From positions 660,776 through 724,775 of the forward strand of contig OY781061.1 in the NCBI GenBank assembly GCA_963676515.1: a stretch of 64,000 nucleotides of DNA, in the 5' to 3' direction. This document shows, in pieces, positions 50,101 through 59,600 of the stretch (positions are counted from its first letter, which is position 1; each line of letters starts with the position of its first letter). The translations under genes and the position numbers were made by a program. Under the pieces are notes generated by a model. It worked only from the letters and a program-made list of their open reading frames with translations. It had not been told where the DNA came from and did no database searches. The DNA is from Candidatus Cloacimonadota bacterium. GTDB lineage: Bacteria; Cloacimonadota; Cloacimonadia; G963667145.

Positions 50101-52127
50101 GCTCCATCGACTTTGCTCCACGACAAATCTATCTTTGAAGAATCTACAACACGATAGGAGAAATTGGCAGGGACTGCGACCATCGTGGTGTCGCTCACGA
50201 TGTCAGAGGCATCAGATTCCCCAGCGGCACTGTAAGCTGCCACTTTGTAGTAGTAGCCTGTGTTCGCGGTAAGCCCTTTGCTCTGGTAAAAAGTAGCTTT
50301 GCCAAGGTCAACGCCGCTGTAAACTCCACTGCTAGAGTCTGATGTGTATATTATGTAGCCAGTAGCTCCAGCGACTGAGTTCCAAGACAAATTTATTTGT
50401 GCTGCACTGACGACACTATCGGTGAGGTTCGTCGGAGCGAGGACCTTTGTGGTGACTATCAATGTGTCAGAAAATTCGCTATCGCCCTTTTCATTGTAAG
50501 CCATAACTTTGTAGCGGTAGGCTTTGTCGGCGGTGAGCCCTGTAGAGTGATAAGTGGTGAGCTTGCCAACTGCTGTGTCGCTGTAAGAGAGCCCATCGTT
50601 TGCGGAGAAATAGAAATAATAGCCATCTGCACCCTCGACTGCATGCCAAGATATGTCTATTTGAGAAGAACTGACAACCGTGTCGGACAAACCAGCAGGA
50701 GCTGCGACCACCGTGGTTTCAGTCACTATGCTAGAAAATTCACTATTGTGGGCATTATTATAAGCTTGAATCTTGTAGGAATACTCTGTATTTGCTTTGA
50801 GCCCTGTGCTGTGGTGAAAGGTATCGTTGACTATGGTTATGTCATCAAATTTTACACCGTCTGTTGATCTGTGGAGGTAATAGCCTCGTGCTCCATCGAC
50901 TGCATCCCAAGATAGGTCTATTAGCGAAGAGCTTTTGGTTTCCGCCGTTAAATTCTCAGGGGTGTTTACATTTATTTTCCCCTTTACTATTTCGGAGAAC
51001 TCAGATGTGTCCACAGCGTTATAAGCTTCTATCTTGTAAAAATACTCTATCTCTCGCTCGGAGACGACATCACTGTAAGAGAGGACATTACCAATATCTC
51101 TGGCGATATAACTATTGCCCTGGTTTGCGGATCTATGGAGGAAATAACCCGTCACTCCACTGGATTTATACCAAGACAAACTTATATGTATCGAGTCTTG
51201 AACGAAAAGGGAAAGTCCTTCTGGTTTCAATAGACTCAATCTCACATCTACGGTATTAGAAAAATCCGAAATCTTAGTAGATCTATAAGCTTTTAATTTG
51301 TAAAAATATTTTATTTGTGGGTTGGAAACTGTGTCTGTGTAGCAAGTAGCACTGCCGTCATATATCTGGATGTACTCATCGCTGATGGTAGAAGATCTGT
51401 AGAGATAATAGCCTTCTGCACCCTCGACAGTGTCCCACGACAGATATATTTGTGATAAACTTGTAGCTGCAGCGGCTAGATTGGTAGGATCTGTGACAAT
51501 GGTGGTGTCGCTCGCGATGTTAGAGTAATCGCCATTGCCACCAGTGTTGTACGCTTTTACCTTGTAATAATAGACGGTGTTTGGTTTGAGTCCTGTGTTA
51601 CTATAAAAATTGTCACTGCCATCACCAATTTTATTGTAAGTCCCATATAGAGAAGAGGACTTGTATATTCTATAGTTTGCTTCCCCATTCACTGCACCCC
51701 AAGATAGATCTATTTGAGAAGAGCTCACAGAAGTAGCCGTTAAGTTGCTAGGAGTAGAAACAAATGTGAGAGCACTTGCGACATTCGAAAATTCACTCTC
51801 CCCGTTAACATTATACGCTTTCACCTTGTAATAATATTCTGTGTTCGAACTGAGTCCAATGTTGGTATAGGAGTTGCTACTAATATTGTTAATTTCGCTG
51901 TAAACGCCATCAATGATTGTTGATCGATATACTTTATAACCTGTCGCTCCACTGACTACATACCAAATTATATCTATTTGAGAAGAATCTACGGCAGTCA
52001 CGACGAGATTTGTAGGAACAGCTGGAAGAGGGATTTCCTCTGTATCTTCATCCTCATAGGTGGTGGTGCAGGTCACAAAGACCACCGAACTAAATATGAT
52101 AACTAAAATTTTTAACCAGTTTTTCAA
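41193..52127 (-). CDS. Giant surface lipoprotein paralog 2 (3,644 aa). Lipoprotein signal, about 32 FN3-like modules and a C-terminal BspA/DUF285-type LRR block (~10 repeats, 41193-41990).
   Basis: Uninterrupted 10.9-kb ORF. N-terminus MKNWLKILVIIFSSVVFVTC-TTTYEDEDTEE, a lipobox Cys followed by an acidic stretch. Same module pattern as paralog 1. Large blocks are near-identical to paralog 3. Confidence 0.85.
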   Translation of the reverse strand: MKNWLKILVIIFSSVVFVTCTTTYEDEDTEEIPLPAVPTNLVVTAVDSSQIDIIWYVVSGATGYKVYRSTIIDGVYSEINNISSNSYTNIGLSSNTEYYYKVKAYNVNGESEFSNVASALTFVSTPSNLTATSVSSSQIDLSWGAVNGEANYRIYKSSSLYGTYNKIGDGSDNFYSNTGLKPNTVYYYKVKAYNTGGNGDYSNIASDTTIVTDPTNLAAAATSLSQIYLSWDTVEGAEGYYLYRSSTISDEYIQIYDGSATCYTDTVSNPQIKYFYKLKAYRSTKISDFSNTVDVRLSLLKPEGLSLFVQDSIHISLSWYKSSGVTGYFLHRSANQGNSYIARDIGNVLSYSDVVSEREIEYFYKIEAYNAVDTSEFSEIVKGKINVNTPENLTAETKSSSLIDLSWDAVDGARGYYLHRSTDGVKFDDITIVNDTFHHSTGLKANTEYSYKIQAYNNAHNSEFSSIVTETTVVAAPAGLSDTVVSSSQIDISWHAVEGADGYYFYFSANDGLSYSDTAVGKLTTYHSTGLTADKAYRYKVMAYNEKGDSEFSDTLIVTTKVLAPTNLTDSVVSAAQINLSWNSVAGATGYIIYTSDSSSGVYSGVDLGKATFYQSKGLTANTGYYYKVAAYSAAGESDASDIVSDTTMVAVPANFSYRVVDSSKIDLSWSKVDGATEYYLSFSADNGQTYSDTPIGTDTLYPSTGLEANTKYFYAVRAYNLRGYSEFSDTLSTYTMVLTPKNISAKSKSSSRIDISWSEVEGADGYKLTQSTTAGIQFDTILGNVTAYQSTGLTANTEYFYRVRAYSAVGDSKASSTVSDTTIVAPPSNLSDSVVSASRIDLRWDTVPGAASYTIYRTPASGGVNDSVGVASSNFYSDTGLAAFTVYIYKLKAYNSNGYSEFSSTLSDTTIVAAPSNLTNGVSSASQIDLYWDAVTGANGYCLSFSVDSGRTYSDTAVGNVTTYSDTGLAANSVHYYKVRAYNTKGYSNFSAILSDTTIVAAPSKLAATTRSSERIDLSWGKVAGATGYKVYQLNSAGTYVGIDLIADTLYHSIGLSPNTTYFYKVTAYSGAGESDTSSVVSDITIVAAPSNFTDSVVSSSQIDLSWDAVDGADGYLLAISADGVTYGDTVDCAVTTYSHAGLTANSVHYYKVLAYNGKGDGAFSSTLCDTTIVLAPTNLADSVVSASRIDLRWDSVAGAASYAIYRAPAIGGEYKVIGDTNSLIYHSTGLSANTAYFYKVLAYNGNGYSVFSDTLSDTTKVAAPSNLSDSVVSSSQIDLSWDEVDGATGYRLAFSADSGQSYSEIAVGNVTTYSNTGLAANSEHYYKVLAYNGKGDSEFSYTLIVTTLVAAPTSLSATVESSSQIDLAWGEVAGATGYKIYQLNSVGDSTEIGDVIGELAYESTGLSPYTDYSYKVTAYSDAGESEASSTVSKTTLVAAPSNFSYSVVSASQINLSWDPVKGATGYYIFYSKNKDTDYSSIFVSTSTTYDSKELDANEEYFYYVRAKNANGEGDFSDTLRATTIVAVPTGLSTIAKSSSQIDLVWDTVAGIEGYKIYRASHISGPYDSVGVASSESYEDSIELIANKKYYYKVRAYNGVGESDYSDMASDTTIVLAPTNLSGSAFSALQINLSWDKVDGATDYKVYRLDPSDGEYKPIGDVSSESYDDSTGLSADTDYSYKVTAYNGNGESEASGVSTVRTRVLAPDNLTAITKSASRIDLAWDTVPGVSSYIIYRAPSAGGAYDSIGVDSSDFYADSTGLSPYTGYSYMVKAYSDAGKSAYSEIATDTTMVAAPSNIIDRAISSSQIKLSWDLVAGATNYTIHRASTIGGDYWQMGGGTGLVYFDNSGLSANTAYFYKLNAHNAKGSSKDSEIIEVTTRVLAPVNLVATAKSFYQIDLAWGEVGGATSYAIYRASSSDGDYDSVGVTSSEYYNDSTGLAANKEYFYMVSASSASGESVPSDVASDTTIFLAPANLLVTSESSSRIGLSWSSVDGATSYRIYRALSMVGDYNYVDSASSESYEDSVGLTAHTEYYYRVTAHNVGGESDSSESKSATTRVATPANLAYDVVSAIRIDLQWDSVFGATSYKISRTPSSDGRVVEVYTTSYGSMGLSANTKYSYKVIATNVNGDGAASEIKATTRVLAPADLTDSVVSSSQINLSWNEVDGAQIYKIYRASSIDGDYAGIDSTSDTSYQSTELAPNTVYYYKVTADNGSGESEPSQILSDTTIVAAPKGLTDSVISESRIDLSWGKVDGATSYKIYRALASGGDYTEIGDTTTAYYYSTGLTANTTYLYKVKAHNTKGDSEFSDSLRVTTIVVAPSSVLATPQSSSQIDISWALVEGATDYSIYILGSDGIYSELGTTDSLIYHSTELASNTEYYYQVSAHSDAGESALSSVVSDTTRLLPPTSLTVIASGATQTNLSWQEVAGATSYKIYRALASDGDYDSVGVASSESYDDSKGLIADTEYLYKVTACNGNGDSEASQAKKVTTRVLVPADVSATATSSSQIDITWSEVKGATGYKIHQLQSDGTYDETDLYATLVYHSKNLVANTEYFYKVSAYSDAGQSALSSVASDTTIVVAPSNLTDSIVSASQIDVSWDTVPGATSYKISRALFSDKYYTEIGDTTATTYHSTELAAATRYIYKVKAHNGNGDSEESDTISATTRVLAPATVSATATSSSQIDIAWSEVEGATGYRIHQLQSDGTYSEIGDTSDAPYYSTGLTANTVYSYKVLAYSASGESVFSSVVSDTTIFLAPANFTDSVVSESRIDLKWEAVAGATSYYLSYSTDGTHYSDTAVGDVTSYSDTGLTAYTVYHYKVRAHNVGGYSQYSAILTDTTMVAAPANLTSSAFSSSRIDLSWEAVAGATSYAIYRAPSRDGEYAKIGDTTVTTYYSTGLAANTEYYYKVKARNAKGDGEYSDTLIATTRVLAPANLTDSVVSASRIDLRWDSVVGATSYCLYYSADGVDYLDTAVGMDTSYSDTGLTANTEYYYKVTAQNDAGESDYSDILKDTTIVLAPTNLTSNVISSFKIDIAWDSVAGATGYKVDRLDSDGSYLKTEIVTDTLCHSTGLSAGTEYLYTVRAYNTNGNSEYSDTVSATTIVAAPTGFSATATNSSQINLSWGKVAGAKGYKIYRSTSSGETLTLLISVSSESYSNTGLSVSTTYYYKVTAYSDVGESESSSQVSATTILAAPINLAKDYSSSSQITLSWSSVAGATSYKIYRSTSSGGPDTYVTSVTSESGASKGLSANTTYYYKVTACDANGESGYSNLLSVTTNVLAPTNLSAKTTTFEQIDLSWNSVSGATKYNIYRATSLYDSYELITSVTSTTYDDTGIGVTQNYYYKVKAYSDAGLSDYSTAVYKKPYISKTVLRARITADNDVSEVNTGMITDMSSLFLNNTTFNQDISGWDVSNVTDMNQMFYGASAFNQDIGGWVVSNVKDMSYMFYYAGAFNQDIGGWDVSNVKDMSYMFYSATSFNQTLNFWETKNVTDMSYMFYKALSFNKHIGSWHVYNVTTMKNMFCQAEAFNQNINYWDVSNVTDMSYMFSNAYAFNQPIRGWNVSSVTKMVKMFFSAYIFNQDISDWNVSSVTDMAHMFNGAKLFFQNLGNWDVSKVTSHDSFSLNTYPAWNVYYQPYFSD

Positions 52128-52192
52128 TTTTTCCTTCTCTTTTTAAAAAAATCCCAAGTTAAGTTCCACAGTACTAGACTTTTAAAAGTTGT

Positions 52193-52200
52193 CAAATTTA
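52193..52200 (-). promoter_or_regulatory. Candidate promoter element TAAATTTG(ACAA), 66 bp upstream of the giant gene 2 start.
   Basis: Shared motif and spacing with 39915-39922. Confidence 0.35.
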
Positions 52201-52309
52201 GAAGTAATTTTTTCTCTAAAAAAGACAAAAATGAGCTTGGAATTTCACTGAAAAAAAGAAAAGAGGATTTTATTCACAAATAAAAAATAGTAGTTAAAAT
52301 GGGACACCG

Positions 52310-52390
52310 CCCTTTCCTGCCCATTGAAGGCATCGTGTGGGGGAATGGATTCCCGCTTCCGCGGGAATGAGGGCTGGTGGGAACGCAAGG
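52310..52390. repeat. Head fragment of the 'BA' unit.
   Basis: cattgaaggcatcgtgtgggggaatggattcccgcttccgcgggaatgagggctggtgg. Confidence 0.7.
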
Positions 52391-52409
52391 CGAGTGGTGA
52401 GCGGAGAAC

Positions 52410-52530
52410 TGTAGAGACGCAAAATTTTGCGTCTTCGGTGTGCGGGGTTGGTTTAGAATTTAGCTTTCGACTTTGGTATTTTGACTGTATGCTTTGTTTC
52501 GTATGCATTCCCAAGCTGGAGCTTGGGAAC
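52410..52530. repeat. 'C' repeat module copy.
   Basis: Contains an 18-bp perfect palindrome GACGCAAAATTTTGCGTC (52416-52433) and TTCCCAAGCTGGAGCTTGGGAA (52508-52529). Confidence 0.8.
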
Positions 52531-52544
52531 GAGGGGAAAGGGGA

Positions 52545-52610
52545 CTGCCCTGCCCTGCCCCTTTTGTGCATCGTGTGGGAGAATGGATTCCCGCTTCCGC
52601 GGGAATGAGG
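52545..52610. repeat. Head fragment of the 'BA' unit.
   Basis: ctgccctgccccttttgtgcatcgtgtgggagaatggattcccgcttccgcgggaatgagg. Confidence 0.7.
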
Positions 52611-53039
52611 ATGAAAAACTAAAACCTGAAAAACTTACCTATTACTGTGGTTTCTCTTACCAGAGTGGTTTTCATTTTTCTTTTGTAACCAAAGGAAAAA
52701 CCGAAACAAAAAGAAAAGTTCCTTTTGGCATAAACTCGCTATAAGGGCGGCGAGAGGAGAGTGAGGCAAACCAACGGAGTAGAGCTCCTTCCGTGTAATG
52801 TCCATAAGCTTTGTTGTTATCTGGAGGTGTCGTCTGACGGTGAATAGATACTGGTTTTTTCTTATGCTCAAACTTATGCCAAAAGTGATACCACCCAGCC
52901 CCAGAGCGTGCTAAGGGGAAAGTTGGGCTAGCAAATACTTAAAGCAGGAAGCGTGAAATTCGTTAACCGCCCAGAGCTACGCTGACGACGAAGTGCTATA
53001 TCACCTATAAAATGACAGATGAGATTCATAGCACGAGGC

Positions 53040-53200
53040 TGAGAGCGTGCGAGGTCGGTTTAGAATTTAGATTTCGGCTTTGGTATTTTGATTTTTTCTT
53101 TCGTTACATTTATTTTTGCTCAGGCAAAAAGAAAGGTAAATCCCTCTGATAAGAGAGGATACAGAGTATGCATTCCCAAGCTGGAGCTTGGGAACGAGGA
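53040..53200. repeat. 'C' module variant with about 60 bp of inserted unique sequence.
   Basis: ggtttagaatttagatttcggctttggtattttg...atgcaTTCCCAAGCTGGAGCTTGGGAAcgagg. Shares aaatccctctgataagaga with 40381-40400. Confidence 0.65.
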
Positions 53201-53204
53201 GAAA

Positions 53205-53490
53205 GGGGGCTGCCCCTGCCCTGCCCCTTTTGTGCATCGTGTGGGAGAATGGATTCCCGCTTCCGCGGGAATGAGGGCTGGGTGGCGATGCAGAGCTGGT
53301 GGTGAATAAACATACTGGCTGATGAAGGCACAAGGCGTGCGGTGTGCAGAAATGGGGGCTGGTGGTGTGCTTCCTTGCCTTGCTTCCCTCATCCTCGCGT
53401 AAGCGGGAATGAGGGCTGGTGGGAACGCAGAGCGTGTGGTGCTTCTTGCTTCTCTTGCCTCATCCTCGCGGAAGCGGGGATCCAAGGACA
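53205..53490. repeat. 'BA' unit plus a partial tail duplication.
   Basis: Aligns to 40057-40253. At 53391-53410 the A-hairpin 5' arm is fused to the B-palindrome 3' arm (cctcgcgtaagcgggaatgagggctggtgg), a module chimera. A second hairpin with a GGAA loop lies at 53462-53481. Confidence 0.75.
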
Positions 53491-53566
53491 AGAGCGAGTG
53501 GGCTTCGCTCGGTTATCAGCTGACACCTCCAGCGTGTGAGGAAATGAACAAAGCATAAAAAAAAGT

Positions 53567-53603
53567 GAACACGGTCTCTGGTCGTATTCACTTCTTCTTC
53601 TAA
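53567..53603 (-). terminator. Rho-independent terminator of giant gene 3 (module E).
   Basis: An A8 run on the + strand (U8 on the minus strand) follows a 10-bp imperfect stem. Lies 10 bp past the stop codon. Confidence 0.75.
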
Positions 53604-53612
53604 ATTTAAAAT

Positions 53613-56600
53613 CTAGTCACTAAAGGGAGGTCTCTTTTGAAAAGACCAATTATAAGCTCCTACATCATAATCTTCATGACTGGTAACTTTTTCTACATCC
53701 CATCCACTTAAGTCAAAAATAAAACAAGATACACCATAAAACATATAATCCATATCCGTGACACTACTCACATCCCAACCACCTATGTCTCGGTAAAAAG
53801 CAACTGCACTATAAAACATGCCTTCCATATCTGTGACCTTATTCACCGTCCAATCACTTATGTCTTGATTAAAATCTTTTGCTGCACAAAACATATAACG
53901 CATATTTGTGACACTACTCACATTCCAACCACCTATGTCTTGGTTAAAAGCATCTGCCCCATAAAACATATAACTCATATTTGAGGCACTACTAACAGCC
54001 CAATCACCTATGTCTTGGTTAAAAGCATCTGCCCCATAAAACATATAACTCATATTTGAGGCACTATTAACAGCCCAACCACCTATGTCTTGGTTAAAAG
54101 CAGATGCCTCATAAAACATATGACTCATATCTGTGACCATCAACATTCTCCAACTATATATACTCTTATTAAATGCATATGCACGATAGAACATATAACT
54201 CGTATTTGTGAGCTTCTCTGTATCCCAGCCACCTATATATTGGTTAAAAACAGATGCCTCAGAAAACATATAACTCATATCCGTGACATTAGACACTTTC
54301 CAACCACCTATATATTGGTTAAAAGCAGATGCCCCAGAAAACATATACCTCATAGTTGTGACATTACCTACGACCCAATCACCTATGTCTTGGTTAAAAG
54401 CAGATGCATTACAAAACATAAAACTCATATTTGTGACTTTGCTCACATTCCAGCCACCTATGTCTTGGTTAAAAGCAAATGCAGACTGAAACATAGAATT
54501 CATATTTGTGACATTATTAACATCCCATCCACCTATGTCTTGGTTAAAAGCTTTTGCGAAAAAAAACATTTTTTCCATATTCGTGACACTATTCATTTGC
54601 CAACCACCTATGTCTTGGTTAAAAGCATCTGCTGCATAAAACATCTCGCTCATATCCGTAACTTTACTCACATCCCACTTGCTTATATCTTGATTGAATT
54701 TTGTTTTATCATAAAACAAACCAGACATATCTGTAATTCCGCCTGTATTGACTAGGGTGACATCATCACCAGCAGCTACCTTACTCCGCAAAGTAGCTTC
54801 CGTGATATATGTCGTGGCATTTGCGATATTGGAGTCGGCAGATTCCCCTGCTGCTGCAGTATAAGCTTTCACTTTGTAATAATACTCTTGGTTTTCGCTA
54901 AGCCATGTATCGTTGTAGGAAGTGCCAGCGACATTACCGATTGGGGAGTAACTGCTATATTCAGAGTCTGCTCGGTATATGTAGTATTGTGTAACTCCTT
55001 GCACTGAGCTCCAAGATAAGTTTATTTGCCCAAAGGTTGTGGTTTTAGCTGATAAATTAGTCGGAGCATCAACTTTTGTGGTGACAATCAATGTATTCGA
55101 TACTTCACTATCCCCCTTCTCATTATAAGCTATCACCTTGCAGTGATAGATTGTGTTTGAGGTGAGTTCTTTTTTTGTGCAGGAAGTAACATTCCCAACG
55201 CTTGTGCCGGCGAAACTTAGATTGCCGTCTGCGAAGTAGAAATAATAGCCTGTAGCTCCCTCGACTTTGTTCCAAGATATCGTTATTTGGGAAGAGGTAG
55301 CAGATGTTTTGGTTAGATTAGTCGGAGCAGCTACCATCGTGGTTTCACTCGCCTTGCTAGAGTACTCAGATTCCCCTGCATCGCTGTAGGCTGTCACTTT
55401 GTAGTAGTAGGTTGTATTGGCGGAGAGTTCTTTGCTCTGGTAAGTTGTATCCGTGATATCGTCAATTTCGCTGTAAGTTCCATCACTAGAGGCTGATCTG
55501 TATATTTTATAGCCAGTCTTCCCTTCAACTTCGCTCCAAGATAAATCTATTTGGAAAGCACTTTTGGTAGTAGCGGAAAAGCCCGTTGGAGCTAACACTC
55601 TTGTGGTCGCCCTCAATTCGTCAGAAAATTCGCTATTGCCCTTTGTATTGTGAGCTAGCACCTTGTAATAATACTCTGTGTCAGCAATGAGTCCTGTGTG
55701 GCTGTAAGAAGTGACATTGCCGACTGCTGTGTCGGTGTATGTCTTGCCGCTATCGGCAGAGTAAGCGAGGTAATAATCTGTCGCTCCGACGACTGTGTCC
55801 CAATATATGTCTATCTGTGAGGAACTGGTGATAGTGTCGATTAGGTTGACTGGAGCTGCAACGATGGTGGTGTCGCTCAGTGTGTCAGAAAATTCACTCT
55901 CACCGTTCCCATTGTGTGCTAGCACCTTGTAAAAATACACGGTATTCGCAATAAGGCTTTCGATGCTAAAGCTGGTGTCAGTGGTAGCCTCTTTTCGGGT
56001 ATAGTTTCCGTCTCTGCTTGTGTCTATATAAATATCGTAGCCTGCTGCTCCAGCGACTAGACTCCAGCTCAAATCTATCTGCGATGCACTGATGACGCTG
56101 TCGGTGAGATTAGCAGGAGCTGCAACGATGGTGGTATCGAGCAATGTGCTGGAGAACTCACTCTTGCCGTTCCCATTGTGAGCTTGCACCTTGTAATAGT
56201 GCTCTGTGTTTGCACTGAGCCCTGTGTGGCTGTAGGTAGTGACATCGCCCACTGCTGTGTCGGTGTAGCTACTACCATCGACTGAGTAAGAGAGGTAATA
56301 ACTTGTAGCTCCAACGACTGTGTCCCAGCTCAGATCGATGCGTGACTCGCTCACGACACTATCGGCTAAATTGGTAGGAGCTGCAACGATGGTGGTGTCA
56401 CTGGCGAATATAGAGTAATCACTCTCGCCGCTTGCATTCTTGGCTGTCACTTTGTAGAAATACTCTTTGTTTGCGGCTAGCCCTGTGGTGTCCTCGTAGG
56501 ACTCGCTACTGGCAACACCAACATCTATGTATTCGCCATCTCTAGTGGGTGCTCGGTATATTTTATAGTCATCAGCATCCGTGACTGCATCCCAAGCTAA

Positions 56601-59600
56601 GTCTATTTGTGTGGAGCTTTGGGAAGTAGCTACAAGGTTAGCCGGAGCTAGCACTTTTGTGGTGGCACCCAGCGAATCAGAAAATCCACTCTCGCTGTTT
56701 GCATCGTAAGCTTTCACCTTGTAATAATACTCTTTGTTTGCAATGAGTCCTGAGTGAAAGTAGAAAGTATCATTGCCAACTGTTGCATCTCTATAAGTTT
56801 GACCACCGTCTATGGAAAAATAGCACCTGTAGCTTGTTGCTCCAGCGACTTTGTTCCAATATATGTTTATTTGTTTTGCACTGACGATACTGTCGGTGAG
56901 ATGCGTAGGAGTTGCGACAATAGTGAAATCGCTCACTATGAGAGAGAACTCAGACTTTCCAGCATTACTATAAGATTTCACCTTGTAGAAATACTCTGTG
57001 CTAGAAGTGAGATCTGTGCTGTCATAGTAAAAGTCGCTACTGCTAACGCCAACACTGTCGTAAGCCCCATCAGTAGTGGTGGCTCTGTAGATTATGTAGC
57101 TCTTAGCTTGCTCCACTTCGTTCCAAGCTAAGTCTATTCGAGAGGAACTCTTAGCTATAGCGGAGACATTGGTGGGAGCTTGCACTATTATGGTCACTTC
57201 TTTAGCTTGCGAGTATTCACTCTCGCCATTCCCATTGTTAGCGGTTACTTTGTAGAGGTAAGCTGTGTTTGCGGCTAGCCCTGTGCTATAGTAGTAGGCA
57301 GTGGTCGTATCGCCGATGGGCTGGTAAACTCCATTACTAGCGAGTGCTCGATATATCGTGTAGCTGGTAGCTCCAGCGACCTTGCTCCAGCTCAGATTTA
57401 TCTGCGAGGAGCTGACGATGCTGTCGGCTAGATTCGTGGGAGCTAAGACTCTCGTGGTGTCACTGGCTCTGCTAGAGAATGCAGACTCGCCTGCATCATT
57501 ATTAGCTGTTACTTTGTAAAAATATTTTGTGTTCGCACTGAGCCCTGTGCTGTCCTCATAGGACTCGCTAGTGGCACTATCAATATAGGCGTAAGTGCCA
57601 GTACTAGTGAGTGCTCGGTATATTTTGTAGCTCATGACATCCGTGACGGGGTCCCAAGTTAAATCTAATTGTGAGGAGCTTTTGGGGGTAACTAACAGAC
57701 TAGTCGGAGCGTTCAGCCTTGTGGTCGCTGTCAACACACTAGAGGCTTCGCTCTCGCCGTTTGTATTGATAGCTGTCACCTTATAGACATACTCTGTATT
57801 CGGGGTGAGTCCTTGGATATTATGGAAAGTGTCCTTTATCCCTTTAGTCTCGATATCGCCACTAGAGGATGACTGATATACCTTGTAGGTCGTGGCTCCC
57901 TGCACGGTGCTCCAGCTCAGGTCTATCTGCTTAGCACTCGCTACACTGTCGGCAAAATTAGTAGGAGCTGCGACGATTGTGGTGTCGCTTGCCATATTAG
58001 AGTATTCGGACTTCCCTGCTCCGCTGTAGGCTTTCACCATATAATAATAAACCGTATTTGGAGCGAGCCCTGTGCTGTCTTCGTAACTCTTGGTAGTGGC
58101 AACGCCGACACTGTCGTAAACTCCATTACTAGAGGGTGCTCGGTATATTATGTAGCCATCTTTCCCCATGACTTCGTCCCAAGCCAAAGCAATTTTGGAG
58201 GAGCTTTTGGAAGTAGCTGACAGATTAGCAGGAGCTAACACTCTTGTGGTCACTTTGATTTCTGAGGCAGCACCATCGCCGTTTGCATTAGTAGCTGTTA
58301 CCTTGTAGGAATACTCTGTATTTGCACTGAGCCCTGTGCTCTCATAGTAATTTGTGCTAATCTTAATTACGCTAACATCGCTGGAAGGTTCGCGAGATAT
58401 TTTGTAGCTGGTAGCTCCAACCACTGAGTCCCATTTCAGATTTATCTGCTTAGCACTCACGACTTCGTAGGTAAGATTAGCAGGAGCAGCCACTATTGTG
58501 GTCGCACTTTGGGTTTCGGAGGAGTCACTCTCGCCGCCAGCATTGTAAGCGGTTACTCTGTAAAAATACTCCGTGTGTGCACTGAGTTCTGTATTATCCT
58601 CGTAGGAGTCGCTACTGGCAGTCCCTGCTGGCTGGTAGTCTCCATTACTAGCGGTTGCTCGGTATATATTGTAGCTCGTAGCTCCAGCCACTGAGCTCCA
58701 AGATAAGCCTATTTGCGAAGAGCTTTGGGCAGTAACTACCAGATTGGTAGGAGCTAAGAAAATCGTGGTGTCGCTTGCGACATCAGAAAGCACACTCTCG
58801 CCACTGGCACTGCTAGCTGTCACCTTGTAAAAATACTCTATATTTGCTGTGAGCCCTGTGCTGTCATTGTACTGCTCGCTGCTGGTCACGCCGACACTGG
58901 AATAATCTTTATCACTAGAAAGTGACCTGTAGATTATGTAGTCATCTGCTCCTTTGACTTTGCTCCAAGCTAAGTCTATTTGAGAAGGACTTTTGGCAGT
59001 AGCCACTAGATCGGTAGGAGCGAGCACTCTTGTGGTCACTTTTATAATTTCTGAGTCTTCACTATCGCCTTTTGCGTTGTGAGCTTTCACCTTATAGAAA
59101 TAATCTGTAGCTGCGATAAGTTCGGAGTAGTCGCTGTAGGATTCTTCAGTGACTCGCCCAATTTGGCTATAATCTCCACCAATAGTGGATGCTCGATGTA
59201 TTGTGTAGTTGATAGCTCCAGGCACTAAGTCCCAGCTCAGTTTTATTTGTGTAGCACTGATGACACTGTCGATGATATTACTAGGAGCTGCCACCATCGT
59301 GGTGTCCATTGCCATATTAGAGTATGCGGACTTCCCTGCATCGCTGTAGGCTTTCACCTTGTAGTAATAAGATGTGTATGAGCTGAGTCCAGTGCTGTCA
59401 GCGTAAAACTCGCTGCTGTCCACGCCAATGCTATCGTAAGCTCCACCAATAGCAGGTGCTCGGTATATTGCGTAGCTCGATGCTCCCGATACTTCGTCCC
59501 ATGCCAAATCTATGCGTGAGGCACTTTGGGTAGTAGCTGTTAGACCAGCAGGAGCTAACACTCTTGTTCTCGTAGTCAATACGCTAGAGGCTTCACTCTC

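Noticed and set aside
52740-52830. Superficial resemblance to a c-di-GMP-I (GEMM) riboswitch ('GGCAAACC' followed by a stem) in the unique spacer segment.
   Set aside because: Only the short GGCAAACC string matches. The tetraloop, receptor and P1 helix arrangement cannot be built convincingly. It would need an Rfam covariance-model search.
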